DNA from: a virus
DNA: 64,000 bases
Strand: one strand, 5' to 3'
Virus record (IMG/VR): IMGVR_UViG_3300005436_000012
Below, piece by piece: positions 9,375-17,323 of this stretch. Each line of letters begins with the position of its first letter. Position 1 is the stretch's first letter. Both the position numbers and the translations under genes were made by a program. The notes under the pieces were generated by a model, which was not told the DNA's origin, made no database searches, and saw nothing but the letters and a program-made list of their open reading frames with translations.

Positions 9375-10258
9375 CGCGCGGCCTCGATCTGTGACCGCGT
9401 CCAGACCCAGCGGCGGCCGTGACGCACGGGCGCGGGCAGCCGTCCCTGTTTGAGTCTCATGTAGACAGTGGCCTGATGGATTCCCAATAGCATTCCCGCC
9501 TGGGCGGCGTCGACCACGTCACCCACTGACACGGATGCGACTGGAACACGCGCGGGCTTCGGCGGCCGCACAGCGCGTGGCTTTTGGTCAATCGCGCCAG
9601 ACATGGCGGAATTGACGGAATCGCACGGTAAAGGTACAAAAGAGCCGCCTGCCAGCAGTTCCATTTCGAGCGTCATGATGGCGGATCGCACGTTGAATTG
9701 ATTGTCTCGCAGCATGGCTTCGAAATCGGGCTCCGCACGTCCGGGCGCTTCATTGGCCCAGATGTGTTTGAGCAGCTGGGCGGCCGGCGCGAGTAGCGTT
9801 GGATCGTTCGAGAATTTGACCGTGCGGCAGCGGCTCAGAAAACGCGCCTCAAGCAGATTCGTTTCGTTGGCCGTGAAGATGAAAATAGTTCGAGGCGGCG
9901 CCGCGGTGGTGTCGAGCTTGGACAGGAACGCGAGCTGAGCCGCGCGGCTCATTTGGTCCGCTTCGTCCACGATCACGACATGGAAGCCGGAATTCATAGG
10001 GACGAACCAGCACGAGTGGCAGACTTTGTCCACCGTTTCTAGATCGCACGTGCGGGAGGCGATGTGATGCACTTCGCCGTTGATGGCTTGTGCGAAGGCC
10101 AGCGCCATGGTGGTCTTGCCCAGGCCGGAAGGCCCGAGCAGCAGCCAGGCCGAGGGATAGGGATCGCGTGCCAGCGCAGTCAGCAGGGCGCGCGGGCCGG
10201 CGAGTCCGGCGAAAGCGTCCAGCGTCATCGGACGGTATTTCTCGACCAGGGGCGTCAT
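9371..10258 (-). CDS. clamp-loader (RFC/DnaX)-like AAA+ ATPase with C-terminal Xis/MerR-type HTH
   Basis: EKYRP start motif, Walker A LLLGPSGLGKTT, Walker B VVIVDEAD, SRC motif; C-terminal LLGIHQATVYMRLKQGRLP HTH. Confidence 0.55.
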   Translation of the reverse strand: MTPLVEKYRPMTLDAFAGLAGPRALLTALARDPYPSAWLLLGPSGLGKTTMALAFAQAINGEVHHIASRTCDLETVDKVCHSCWFVPMNSGFHVVIVDEADQMSRAAQLAFLSKLDTTAAPPRTIFIFTANETNLLEARFLSRCRTVKFSNDPTLLAPAAQLLKHIWANEAPGRAEPDFEAMLRDNQFNVRSAIMTLEMELLAGGSFVPLPCDSVNSAMSGAIDQKPRAVRPPKPARVPVASVSVGDVVDAAQAGMLLGIHQATVYMRLKQGRLPAPVRHGRRWVWTRSQIEAAR

Positions 10259-10530
10259 AGGCCTCCATTCGTGGGTTTGAACATCCCGGCGAACAGCACC
10301 GGTTGAGCCGGGTGCGCGCGATCATGCCGGCGTTTCAGATAGCGCTGCCGCGCGGGGGAATTTTCGTTCAACGTATACACGAGGCGGAATTCGTCGCATG
10401 GATCGTCCTCGGTGGCCTTGCGGACATTCTTCAGCGGGCCGAAGCGCGAGGCATGCTTGAGTCCGTAGTTCACGCATTGCGGATACTCGGCGAAGACCTC
10501 GCCCCAGGCGAAACTGGCCACGTAGTTCAT
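10255..10530 (-). CDS. hypothetical protein
   Basis: 91-aa ORF, stop/start overlap with neighbours. Confidence 0.35.
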   Translation of the reverse strand: MNYVASFAWGEVFAEYPQCVNYGLKHASRFGPLKNVRKATEDDPCDEFRLVYTLNENSPARQRYLKRRHDRAHPAQPVLFAGMFKPTNGGL

Positions 10531-10715
10531 ACGGTCTTCTCGCCAAGCTCGCGTTTCAGCTCTCTGAGTTTCTCGACGGCGTCATCCCAGGGTCCGTCCT
10601 CGCCGGCAATCTCGTTGGCTTTGTCGGCGCAGCTCGGGCAGAGTCCGTCGTAGCCGTCGCCCAGTTCGTAGCGATCGCCACAGACGCGGCAATCTTCGTG
10701 CAGGTTGTCTTTCAT
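10527..10715 (-). CDS. Cys zinc-ribbon microprotein
   Basis: MKDNLHEDCRVCGD...CPSCADK; start taken from the internal Met of ORF 10527-10775. Confidence 0.35.
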   Translation of the reverse strand: MKDNLHEDCRVCGDRYELGDGYDGLCPSCADKANEIAGEDGPWDDAVEKLRELKRELGEKTV

Positions 10716-11065
10716 ACGCCTCCTTTGCCGCCCTGCGCGCGCTGCATCATGAATCGCTCGCCCTGCGCCCGGCACTTGTCGCAGCAGCGCGGATACGAGC
10801 AGCCGAATATTTTACGTTGGCAATGCTGCGGCCTTTCCTGGTGACAGAAATCGCAGCGAAACGTGCCCTCAGTCGGCTGCAAAAACTGGGCATTGAATTC
10901 CGACAGGCGGCCCGAATTCAGACGGACGTTGACCAGAGCCTGATTTTGATCGGCCGGGTCCGGGCGAACCGAGTCGACCTCGCCATAGAGCGGGATCTGG
11001 GTTTGCAGGTGATAGCGGACCTTGAGGCCCTTGATGAAGCGCGCGCGGGCAGTGCCGTAGTTCAT
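10712..11065 (-). CDS. hypothetical Cys-containing protein
   Basis: Internal Met (MNYGTARARF); CDFCHQ...CQRKIFGCSYPRCCDKCRAQ. Confidence 0.35.
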   Translation of the reverse strand: MNYGTARARFIKGLKVRYHLQTQIPLYGEVDSVRPDPADQNQALVNVRLNSGRLSEFNAQFLQPTEGTFRCDFCHQERPQHCQRKIFGCSYPRCCDKCRAQGERFMMQRAQGGKGGV

Positions 11066-11274
11066 AGCGTGACCTCGCAGCAGATGGGATCGGAAATGCC
11101 GGCGACCTCGGCCATCATTTCGACATGCTCGCGGCTTGATCCGCAATGTTCGCAGTGAACGACCGCGCCGTCGCACAGGCAGCAGTTTTCGCAACGATGG
11201 CATTCCGGGCATTCCTCAATCCCGCAATTGCAGTCGATGACGTCGGCGTGACAGCACCAGCACCAGGGGTTCAT
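11062..11274 (-). CDS. Cys-rich microprotein (about 14 Cys in 70 aa)
   Basis: MNPWCWCCHADVIDCNCGIEECPECHRCENCCLCDGAVVHCEHCG; ATGA overlap with the downstream gene. Confidence 0.4.
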   Translation of the reverse strand: MNPWCWCCHADVIDCNCGIEECPECHRCENCCLCDGAVVHCEHCGSSREHVEMMAEVAGISDPICCEVTL

Positions 11275-11591
11275 AGCGCCCGGTCCATTTCCGCGTGCAG
11301 CGCCGCGCACCAGCGGCATTCGCACACGATCGGTTGCGAGGCGATTTCGAGCAACTCCGCGTCGGTGAAAAAGGGCTGGCCGTCTTTCTCGACACAGATG
11401 GCCGCGATCAAGTTGTGGCAGCGTTCGCAGCGGCACTCGGCCGCGTGCGCTAGATGATTCAGATTCCGGCGTGCTTCCCGGTCGGCTAATGCGTTGGCTT
11501 GGTCCTCGCGCATCTGATCGTAAGCGTAATCGGGATCCGGCTCGCTGCGCGGGGGATCGAAGCCGGGGTCTTGAGCGCCGTAGGTGTTCAT
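11271..11591 (-). CDS. Cys-rich protein
   Basis: AECRCERCHNL...CECRWCAAL. Confidence 0.4.
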   Translation of the reverse strand: MNTYGAQDPGFDPPRSEPDPDYAYDQMREDQANALADREARRNLNHLAHAAECRCERCHNLIAAICVEKDGQPFFTDAELLEIASQPIVCECRWCAALHAEMDRAL

Positions 11592-11794
11592 GCTGCATCT
11601 CCTTTTCGGACCAGCCGTCCATGTTGCGAGGCTGCGTTGCGGATCGCGCCGTCCAGGCTGTTTAGAGCCGAGCGCAGTTTCAGGGCGGATCGAGGGGCAA
11701 TGTCGGGCGTAACGTCATCGCAAATATCGCGCAATCTGTCGCGCGCATGGACGAGCGTCTCCAGCTTTCTGAAGTAGCTCATATCTCGTTTCAT
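11588..11794 (-). CDS. hypothetical protein
   Basis: 68-aa ORF. Confidence 0.3.
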   Translation of the reverse strand: MKRDMSYFRKLETLVHARDRLRDICDDVTPDIAPRSALKLRSALNSLDGAIRNAASQHGRLVRKGDAA

Positions 11795-11985
11795 GCTGCA
11801 TCTCCTTTTGGCTTTTCAGCCGGTTGAATCGCGCGGCCTGGCCGGCGCCGCACGTGCTCCAGATCGGGCTCGATCAGCCCCTCGAAGGGATCGCGCTGGT
11901 CTTCCGATTCCGGAATTTCTTCCTCGATGTCTTCCGACTCGGGCGCTTCGTCCACGTAGCCGGTGAGAAAATATTCAGACTGCAT
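11791..11985 (-). CDS. small acidic protein, apparently leaderless
   Basis: MQSEYFLTGYVDEAPESEDIEEEIPESED; ATG lies 6 nt downstream of the promoter C -10 hexamer. Confidence 0.35.
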   Translation of the reverse strand: MQSEYFLTGYVDEAPESEDIEEEIPESEDQRDPFEGLIEPDLEHVRRRPGRAIQPAEKPKGDAA

Positions 11986-11991
11986 GTGTCG

Positions 11992-12020
11992 AGTATAGAT
12001 CACTGCGCAGTGAGTGACAA
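11992..12020 (-). promoter_or_regulatory. promoter/operator copy C: -35 TTGTCA, 17-nt palindromic spacer, -10 TATACT
   Basis: Reverse complement reads TTGTCA-CTCACTGCGCAGTGATC-TATACT; spacer palindrome TCACTGCGCAGTGA. Confidence 0.45.
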
Positions 12021-12260
12021 CGTCACAGCCTAGCGTGTTTTCCGTATGTTCGGCGCGGTCTGTAGGTGGTCTTACATAGTGTTTACCGCGCATTAGGCTT
12101 GATCTGCCGGATCGGTTAGACAGTCGACACGCGAACACGCGGGCATATGCGCGGACCGCATGGCGCATGGTCAAACGTCACGGCGCACAGGCCAAAAAAA
12201 GCCCAGCAGGCAAGGCGCATTTGCGCGATGCCCACCGGGCGAGTGCCGAAGTTGGAAAAT

Positions 12261-13898
12261 CTATGCGGCCGTCTTCGCGGCTTTGATCTCGGCGCGCTTT
12301 TCCTTGGCGAGTTTTTCCTTGGCGCGTTCCGCCGCCCGATGCTGCGCGGCCTTTTGTTTGGTCCGGAGCTGGGCTGCGACCTCGGCGCGGATGACTTCCG
12401 GTTTCACCTTCCAGCGTTTGGCCGCCTGCATCAAATCGTCCGGATGACCGCCCCCGGAATAATAGTGCAGCCCTTCGCCCAGCGCGGCTTCAAAAATGAG
12501 CCGCATCAGATCGTCAGAAGACGCGGCGCGCATCCAGTCCGAAATGGCGTTCTTGTCGCCCAGGTAGCCCTCTTCCTTGCCGGTGCGTTTCTTCGAAATC
12601 GCTTTGCGGGCGTCGCTGTTTCCCCAGCGCCCGAAAGCCAGCGCCGCGATCAATTGCAGATCGAGCGTTGAGGCTTTCTTCGGATCGAAGGCCGACGCCG
12701 TTTTATCGAGCACGATCTGCCGCGTCTCGCCGTCCACCTTGGAATCGAATTCGCGCTTCTGCTCGGCGGCCAGTTCCTTGGGCGATGAAACGCGCTGGCT
12801 GCTATAGCGGCCCGCGTGCATCGGACAACGCGGATTGGTGCACACGTCGAACTGAGCGCCCACGCGCTCGTCGCCGCGCACCACCAGGGCCGCTTTACCG
12901 AACGCGCATTTGCCTTTCTTTTTGACTTCGGTCCAGCGATTCGATCCGAGCACCGGCTTGCCGTCGAGCGTTCCGCCGGCGTTTTCGTAGGCGGTCGAAA
13001 CGAGGATCGGCTCCTCGCCGCGATTGGCCTCGGCCACCTGCCGGATCTGGATCTTGACGTAGGCCGATTTCTTGGCCTCGAAGCATTTGCGGTCCGTGCA
13101 GACGTCCTTCTTTTTGACGTCCGGAAAAAGCTCGGGCGTGAAGCCGGTCCGCTTCGGACAGACCGTGCAGGCTCCGGCGGCGGGAACCAGTTCGGCGTCA
13201 TCTTTGGCGAACGCCGCCTGCGCCAGGTCGAGCATCAATTCCTGGGTGACCCAGTCGCGCAGTTCGCGGGCGGTCTTGATTTTCTGCCAGTTTTCTTTGC
13301 TGGTGATGCGCTTGAGCGCGGTCTTCTGATCCTCGGGCGTCAGACGGGCGATGATATCCGCCATGGCGATGTTGATCACGCCCTCCCAGAAAGCCTTGCG
13401 GGATTCGGCGATCAATCGCAGCAGCGACAGGCGCTTATAGATGTAGGCCAGATCCTTGCCGGTTTTACTCGAAATGACATTGGCGTCATAGCCGGGCCGC
13501 TTCAATAATTCCTGATAGCCCGAGGCTTCATCGAGCGGATGCACATCGACGTGCTGGAGATTTTCAACCAGCAACACTTCGAGGAATGCGTCGTCCGTCA
13601 TGGGCTGGATAACGGCTGGCACGAATTCGAGCTTGGCGAGTTTGGCGGCGCGCAGACGGCGGTGGCCCGCTGCGATTTCGAAACCGTGAGCGCCCAGTAT
13701 TTCTTGTTCCGTAGGATCGAGCCAGGGCTTCGAGTCCCGGATCGGGCGGCAGAGAATCGGCGCCTTCACGCCGATGAGTTTGATATTCTCGGCCAGTTCG
13801 GCCAGTTTGACGGGGTCGAAATGCTTGCGATTGTTAAGCGGCGACTCGTGCAACTTCGCCACGGGGATCTGGGAGTAGACAACGGTGTGTGTGTTCAT
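12261..13898 (-). CDS. large ParB/Srx-domain protein (545 aa)
   Basis: N-terminal VAKLHESPLNNRKHFDP ... EIAAGHRRLRAAKLA; Cys-containing middle; Lys/Ala-rich tail. Confidence 0.65.
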   Translation of the reverse strand: MNTHTVVYSQIPVAKLHESPLNNRKHFDPVKLAELAENIKLIGVKAPILCRPIRDSKPWLDPTEQEILGAHGFEIAAGHRRLRAAKLAKLEFVPAVIQPMTDDAFLEVLLVENLQHVDVHPLDEASGYQELLKRPGYDANVISSKTGKDLAYIYKRLSLLRLIAESRKAFWEGVINIAMADIIARLTPEDQKTALKRITSKENWQKIKTARELRDWVTQELMLDLAQAAFAKDDAELVPAAGACTVCPKRTGFTPELFPDVKKKDVCTDRKCFEAKKSAYVKIQIRQVAEANRGEEPILVSTAYENAGGTLDGKPVLGSNRWTEVKKKGKCAFGKAALVVRGDERVGAQFDVCTNPRCPMHAGRYSSQRVSSPKELAAEQKREFDSKVDGETRQIVLDKTASAFDPKKASTLDLQLIAALAFGRWGNSDARKAISKKRTGKEEGYLGDKNAISDWMRAASSDDLMRLIFEAALGEGLHYYSGGGHPDDLMQAAKRWKVKPEVIRAEVAAQLRTKQKAAQHRAAERAKEKLAKEKRAEIKAAKTAA

Positions 13899-15028
13899 GA
13901 GAATAGATTTCCTTGGGCTACGCCGCCAAACAGCGGGCTATCGGTGATGGGTTGTTTGCCCGCGTCGAGTGGACGCGCGCTTTTCTGTGCGAATTCGGCG
14001 CTGACGCGCTGGGCGTCGATGCGCGATTGATACTCAGGGTCAGGGACGCCGGCATCCATGCCGTAATTCGGATCCGGGTCAATGCGAACGGCAGGTCGAT
14101 AGGCGATCACGCGGCAGGCGGGCTTCACGAGGCGAATCAGTTTTCCTGGGCAGCCGGTCTTCTCGAAAGATCCAGAAGGCAGATCCTCGACGTCGGCTCC
14201 GATGCCTTCGATCCAGGACCGGAATTCCTCGGCCTTGGCCGTTGATCGGAAGAAGCCGCTCGGCCCCATCATGGCCACCAGCAGGCCGCCCGGCTTTAGA
14301 AGTTTGTAAGCGTGGACCACGTGGTCGATGTCCTGGAAGTTTTCAAAAGGCGGATTCATCAGCACGCGATCATAGAGACCGCTCTCGGGGCTCACGTCCA
14401 GGAAATCGTGCTCGGGTAACAGCGTGTGATGTTTGAGCGTCAGGATCTCCCGCAAGGACGGATTGATTTCGACCACGTCGACCAGCGCGCCAAGATCGCG
14501 GGCCCAGTCGGCGATCGCGCCCGCGCCCGCTGAAGGCTCCAGCACTTTCATTTCGACCCCGACGTCGGCCAGCTCCAGCATTCGCCGGACCGCCGCAGGC
14601 CGCGAAGGAAAGAAGCCGGGGATGTCGCGCAGCTTCACGTCGACCTCCAGGCGATGCAGCCGTTCTTTGGCCGGATCGACCGGGGTGAGCAAGCTGCGGA
14701 TGGCCTTCTGCAATTCGCTCAGTTCGCGCTGCGGCGCGTTGGGATATTCTTCCCGTTCCCGGTCGCAGAACAAAAGGCCGCGGACCGGCACGTCGACGTC
14801 CGACACATAGCGGATCGCCTGGAAGATGTCCGGCAGCGCGCGCGAGTCATGCAGGTCCGCCACCTTGCGCAGAACCTCCTGCATCGTTTGGAGCGTGCGG
14901 CCCTCGCGACGCATATGCTGGTCCTCCTGGGCGCGTTTGCGCGTGTTGGTCAGCCGTTCGCGCAGGCAGTTGTCGATTTTGGGTTGCAGTGCGTCCGCCT
15001 TTTTGCGGAGACTGGTAGATGTGTTCAT
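13895..15028 (-). CDS. N6-adenine DNA methyltransferase (gamma-like motif order)
   Basis: Motif I VLEPSAGAGAIA followed about 40 aa later by motif IV NPPF; start placed at the internal Met (MNTSTS) with an AGGAG RBS. Confidence 0.7.
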   Translation of the reverse strand: MNTSTSLRKKADALQPKIDNCLRERLTNTRKRAQEDQHMRREGRTLQTMQEVLRKVADLHDSRALPDIFQAIRYVSDVDVPVRGLLFCDREREEYPNAPQRELSELQKAIRSLLTPVDPAKERLHRLEVDVKLRDIPGFFPSRPAAVRRMLELADVGVEMKVLEPSAGAGAIADWARDLGALVDVVEINPSLREILTLKHHTLLPEHDFLDVSPESGLYDRVLMNPPFENFQDIDHVVHAYKLLKPGGLLVAMMGPSGFFRSTAKAEEFRSWIEGIGADVEDLPSGSFEKTGCPGKLIRLVKPACRVIAYRPAVRIDPDPNYGMDAGVPDPEYQSRIDAQRVSAEFAQKSARPLDAGKQPITDSPLFGGVAQGNLFS

Positions 15029-15366
15029 GAGGATGCTCCTTTCAGTTCCAACTGCTGTGCGGGTGGGACGGGCGTTAAGGTGTTTAGCCACTCGTATCTG
15101 AGGATCATCGAGTCGCATTGGCCGGTGATTGCCGGCCAATGCACTTCGAAACCGTTGTCTAGCGCGTAGACGCGGGCGTTTCTCAGATGGAGGCGGCTGG
15201 TGCCGGATCGGTATTCTGATCCGGACATGAGCACGCTGTAGGTGGTCGCTTGAATCACCGTGCGGCCTTGATTCTTGACGCCGTCGGTCGAACGCCAAAC
15301 CAGTTTCAATTGGACGCCGGGTTGCAAACGCCGGACGAGCTCGGCGCGGGTCATAGCGGTTTTCAT
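15025..15366 (-). CDS. hypothetical protein
   Basis: 113-aa ORF, coupled overlaps. Confidence 0.4.
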   Translation of the reverse strand: MKTAMTRAELVRRLQPGVQLKLVWRSTDGVKNQGRTVIQATTYSVLMSGSEYRSGTSRLHLRNARVYALDNGFEVHWPAITGQCDSMILRYEWLNTLTPVPPAQQLELKGASS

Positions 15367-15857
15367 GAGACCTCCTTGGCATGTTCCGCGATGCAGCAGT
15401 CATCCGAATCGCACATCAGGCACCAATCGTCGGTTTCTTCGCCGAGCTGCTTGCGCAATTCGAGCGCTGTCCGGGGCGGGTTCATGTCGGCGTCCAGTCG
15501 ATCCGCGCACTCGCGTAGTTCGGTGGCGGTCCAAGCTACGATGCCGGTCACGTAGTCGCGCGCGCGGCCCACCAGCGCGGCCGCTTCGTCGGCATCGTCG
15601 GCCTGCACGAAATCGTAAAGCGATTGATTCTCATCGCTGTAGTAGCTGGTGACGAGAAACTTGTCGCGTTCGGGCGTCACGATTCCCGGTTCGTCCTTGA
15701 CGATGAATTCCCATTCGTCACCGGGCAGCGGCGTCATCACGAACCACTTGGACGCCTTGATGAGATTGGAAGCGAATAGGGCCGCAATAGCGGCCCCGAT
15801 CATGCGCAACATTAGATGGTCCTTGTACGGGCCGGTTGTGATTTTGGCCAGGGTCAT
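15363..15857 (-). CDS. hypothetical protein
   Basis: 164-aa ORF. Confidence 0.4.
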   Translation of the reverse strand: MTLAKITTGPYKDHLMLRMIGAAIAALFASNLIKASKWFVMTPLPGDEWEFIVKDEPGIVTPERDKFLVTSYYSDENQSLYDFVQADDADEAAALVGRARDYVTGIVAWTATELRECADRLDADMNPPRTALELRKQLGEETDDWCLMCDSDDCCIAEHAKEVS

Positions 15858-15858
15858 G

Positions 15859-16626
15859 TCACGCCGCCTTTCTGGCAGCGAGTGACGCCTTGAGCGCGGC
15901 CATGATATCGACCGCCGCGGCTTGCGGCTTCTGGGCTTCGGGTTTGGGCGGCGCTGCGCCGGATTCCTTGGATGCGATCAAGGCCAGAATCTTTTCGCGA
16001 TAGCCATCCGAGAATTTCGAGGCATCGAACGTCCCCGAATAGGCCGCAATCAGACTGGAAGCCAATTCCGATTCCGCCTCGCCGATCTGGCCCAGGTCGG
16101 TGCGGTACTCTTCCGTCGCGCGGGCTTCGTGCGCGTAGAAAAGCGTGTGCGCCACGATGCCCGATTTCCCGGCGCGGATCGCCAGGACGTGTTCGCGGCT
16201 GGACATGGTGATTTTGGCGATCGCCACCGCGCCCGAACGCTTCAGCCCGTCATAAAGCAGGGCGTAAGCCTTCGAGCCGCCCTCGTCGGGCGCGATCCAG
16301 TATGCGCTTTCATAGTTGACCGGATCGACCTGAGCGATCGGAACGAATTCCGTAATCTCGGCCACGTGCGCAGACGACGGTGCCAGGGCCTTGATTTCTT
16401 CCGGCGTCACGATCACCCAGCCTTTGCCGGTCTTGTAGCCCTTCACCACGTCGGCGGGAGCGATATCGGAGCCGTCCGATTTGACGTAGGACTTCCGTCC
16501 CACCGGTTCGAGATCCGATTTCCGGAGTTCATTGAAGCTGACCGATTCACTGCGGGCGGCACATGCTAATTTCACGGGCACGCTCACGAGTCCAAATGCG
16601 ATGTGGCCTTTCCAAACGCTTGCCAT
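15859..16626 (-). CDS. ku: Ku (non-homologous end-joining DNA-end-binding protein)
   Basis: MASVWKGHIAFGLVSVPVKL is the canonical Ku N-terminus; Ku-core-like length (256 aa). Confidence 0.8.
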   Translation of the reverse strand: MASVWKGHIAFGLVSVPVKLACAARSESVSFNELRKSDLEPVGRKSYVKSDGSDIAPADVVKGYKTGKGWVIVTPEEIKALAPSSAHVAEITEFVPIAQVDPVNYESAYWIAPDEGGSKAYALLYDGLKRSGAVAIAKITMSSREHVLAIRAGKSGIVAHTLFYAHEARATEEYRTDLGQIGEAESELASSLIAAYSGTFDASKFSDGYREKILALIASKESGAAPPKPEAQKPQAAAVDIMAALKASLAARKAA

Positions 16627-16705
16627 TTTATTTGCTCTTTTCTCCCTCTGCATTGATTCGGGCTGGGGACCGGCTGGTTTGAAAAACCCAGGCTGCATTA
16701 CGAGC

Positions 16706-16735
16706 GAGTATATCTGACTGCGCAGTCAGTGACAA
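16706..16735 (-). promoter_or_regulatory. promoter/operator copy A upstream of ku: -35 TTGTCA, 17-nt spacer, -10 TATACT
   Basis: Reverse complement TTGTCA-CTGACTGCGCAGTCAGA-TATACT; perfect 16-bp palindrome CTGACTGCGCAGTCAG at 16714-16729. Confidence 0.5.
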
Positions 16736-16897
16736 CACCGCATAGAATACGCGCTGTGCAATGATCGAAAAGCTGGTCTGTAGGTGGTCTTACACTCAAC
16801 CGCCGCGTACCAGCCTCGATTTACCGGGTCGGTTTCGAGACTGACACGCGACGTCTAGGGCAGGTCGGAGGATTGCACAGAACGCGCGGCTATGCGT

Positions 16898-17323
16898 CTA
16901 GGCGGGTGGTTTGGTGTTCGTCTCGCTGAGCACTTGCGCAATGCGCACGTAATCTTCGGTTGACACACCGAGGCGCGGCTCGGTTTTGACGGCGTTGAAA
17001 GTTCGCTCAAACGCCAGCCATCGGCAATCGGCCAGCGCCACGATGAGCGGATCTTCCAGCGCCGTCACGCGCGCGTTCCAGGCATCGATCAGACCGCTGC
17101 CGCACGCGCCCGCGATGTAGGCGGGCTCGACGACATTGTTAACGTAGTCGCGCAGGATCGCGCGTCGCGGTTTGCCGGTGATGATACGCTGCATCATTCC
17201 GGCCAGTCCTCCGAGCTGCGCAGCGAGCGCGATCGAGCGGGCTTTGTCTCGGGCGGGCAGTTGTTCCCATTCCCAATCGAGCGAAATGAGCAGACAAGCA
17301 GCCGGACGTTCTTTCAGTTTCAT
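16898..17323 (-). CDS. hypothetical protein
   Basis: Internal Met (MKLKERP) with an AGGAGA RBS; ATGA overlap with the ligase stop. Confidence 0.4.
   Translation of the reverse strand: MKLKERPAACLLISLDWEWEQLPARDKARSIALAAQLGGLAGMMQRIITGKPRRAILRDYVNNVVEPAYIAGACGSGLIDAWNARVTALEDPLIVALADCRWLAFERTFNAVKTEPRLGVSTEDYVRIAQVLSETNTKPPA

Noticed and set aside
12816-13508. 230-aa plus-strand ORF (and 12650-13201 minus-frame ORF)
   Set aside because: They overlap the 545-aa ParB-like gene, which has strong motifs. Their translations are Arg/Ala-rich and typical of out-of-frame GC-rich reading.
14654-15169. 171-aa plus-strand ORF
   Set aside because: Antisense to the N6-adenine methyltransferase and downstream gene. 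No motif, start context or coupling.
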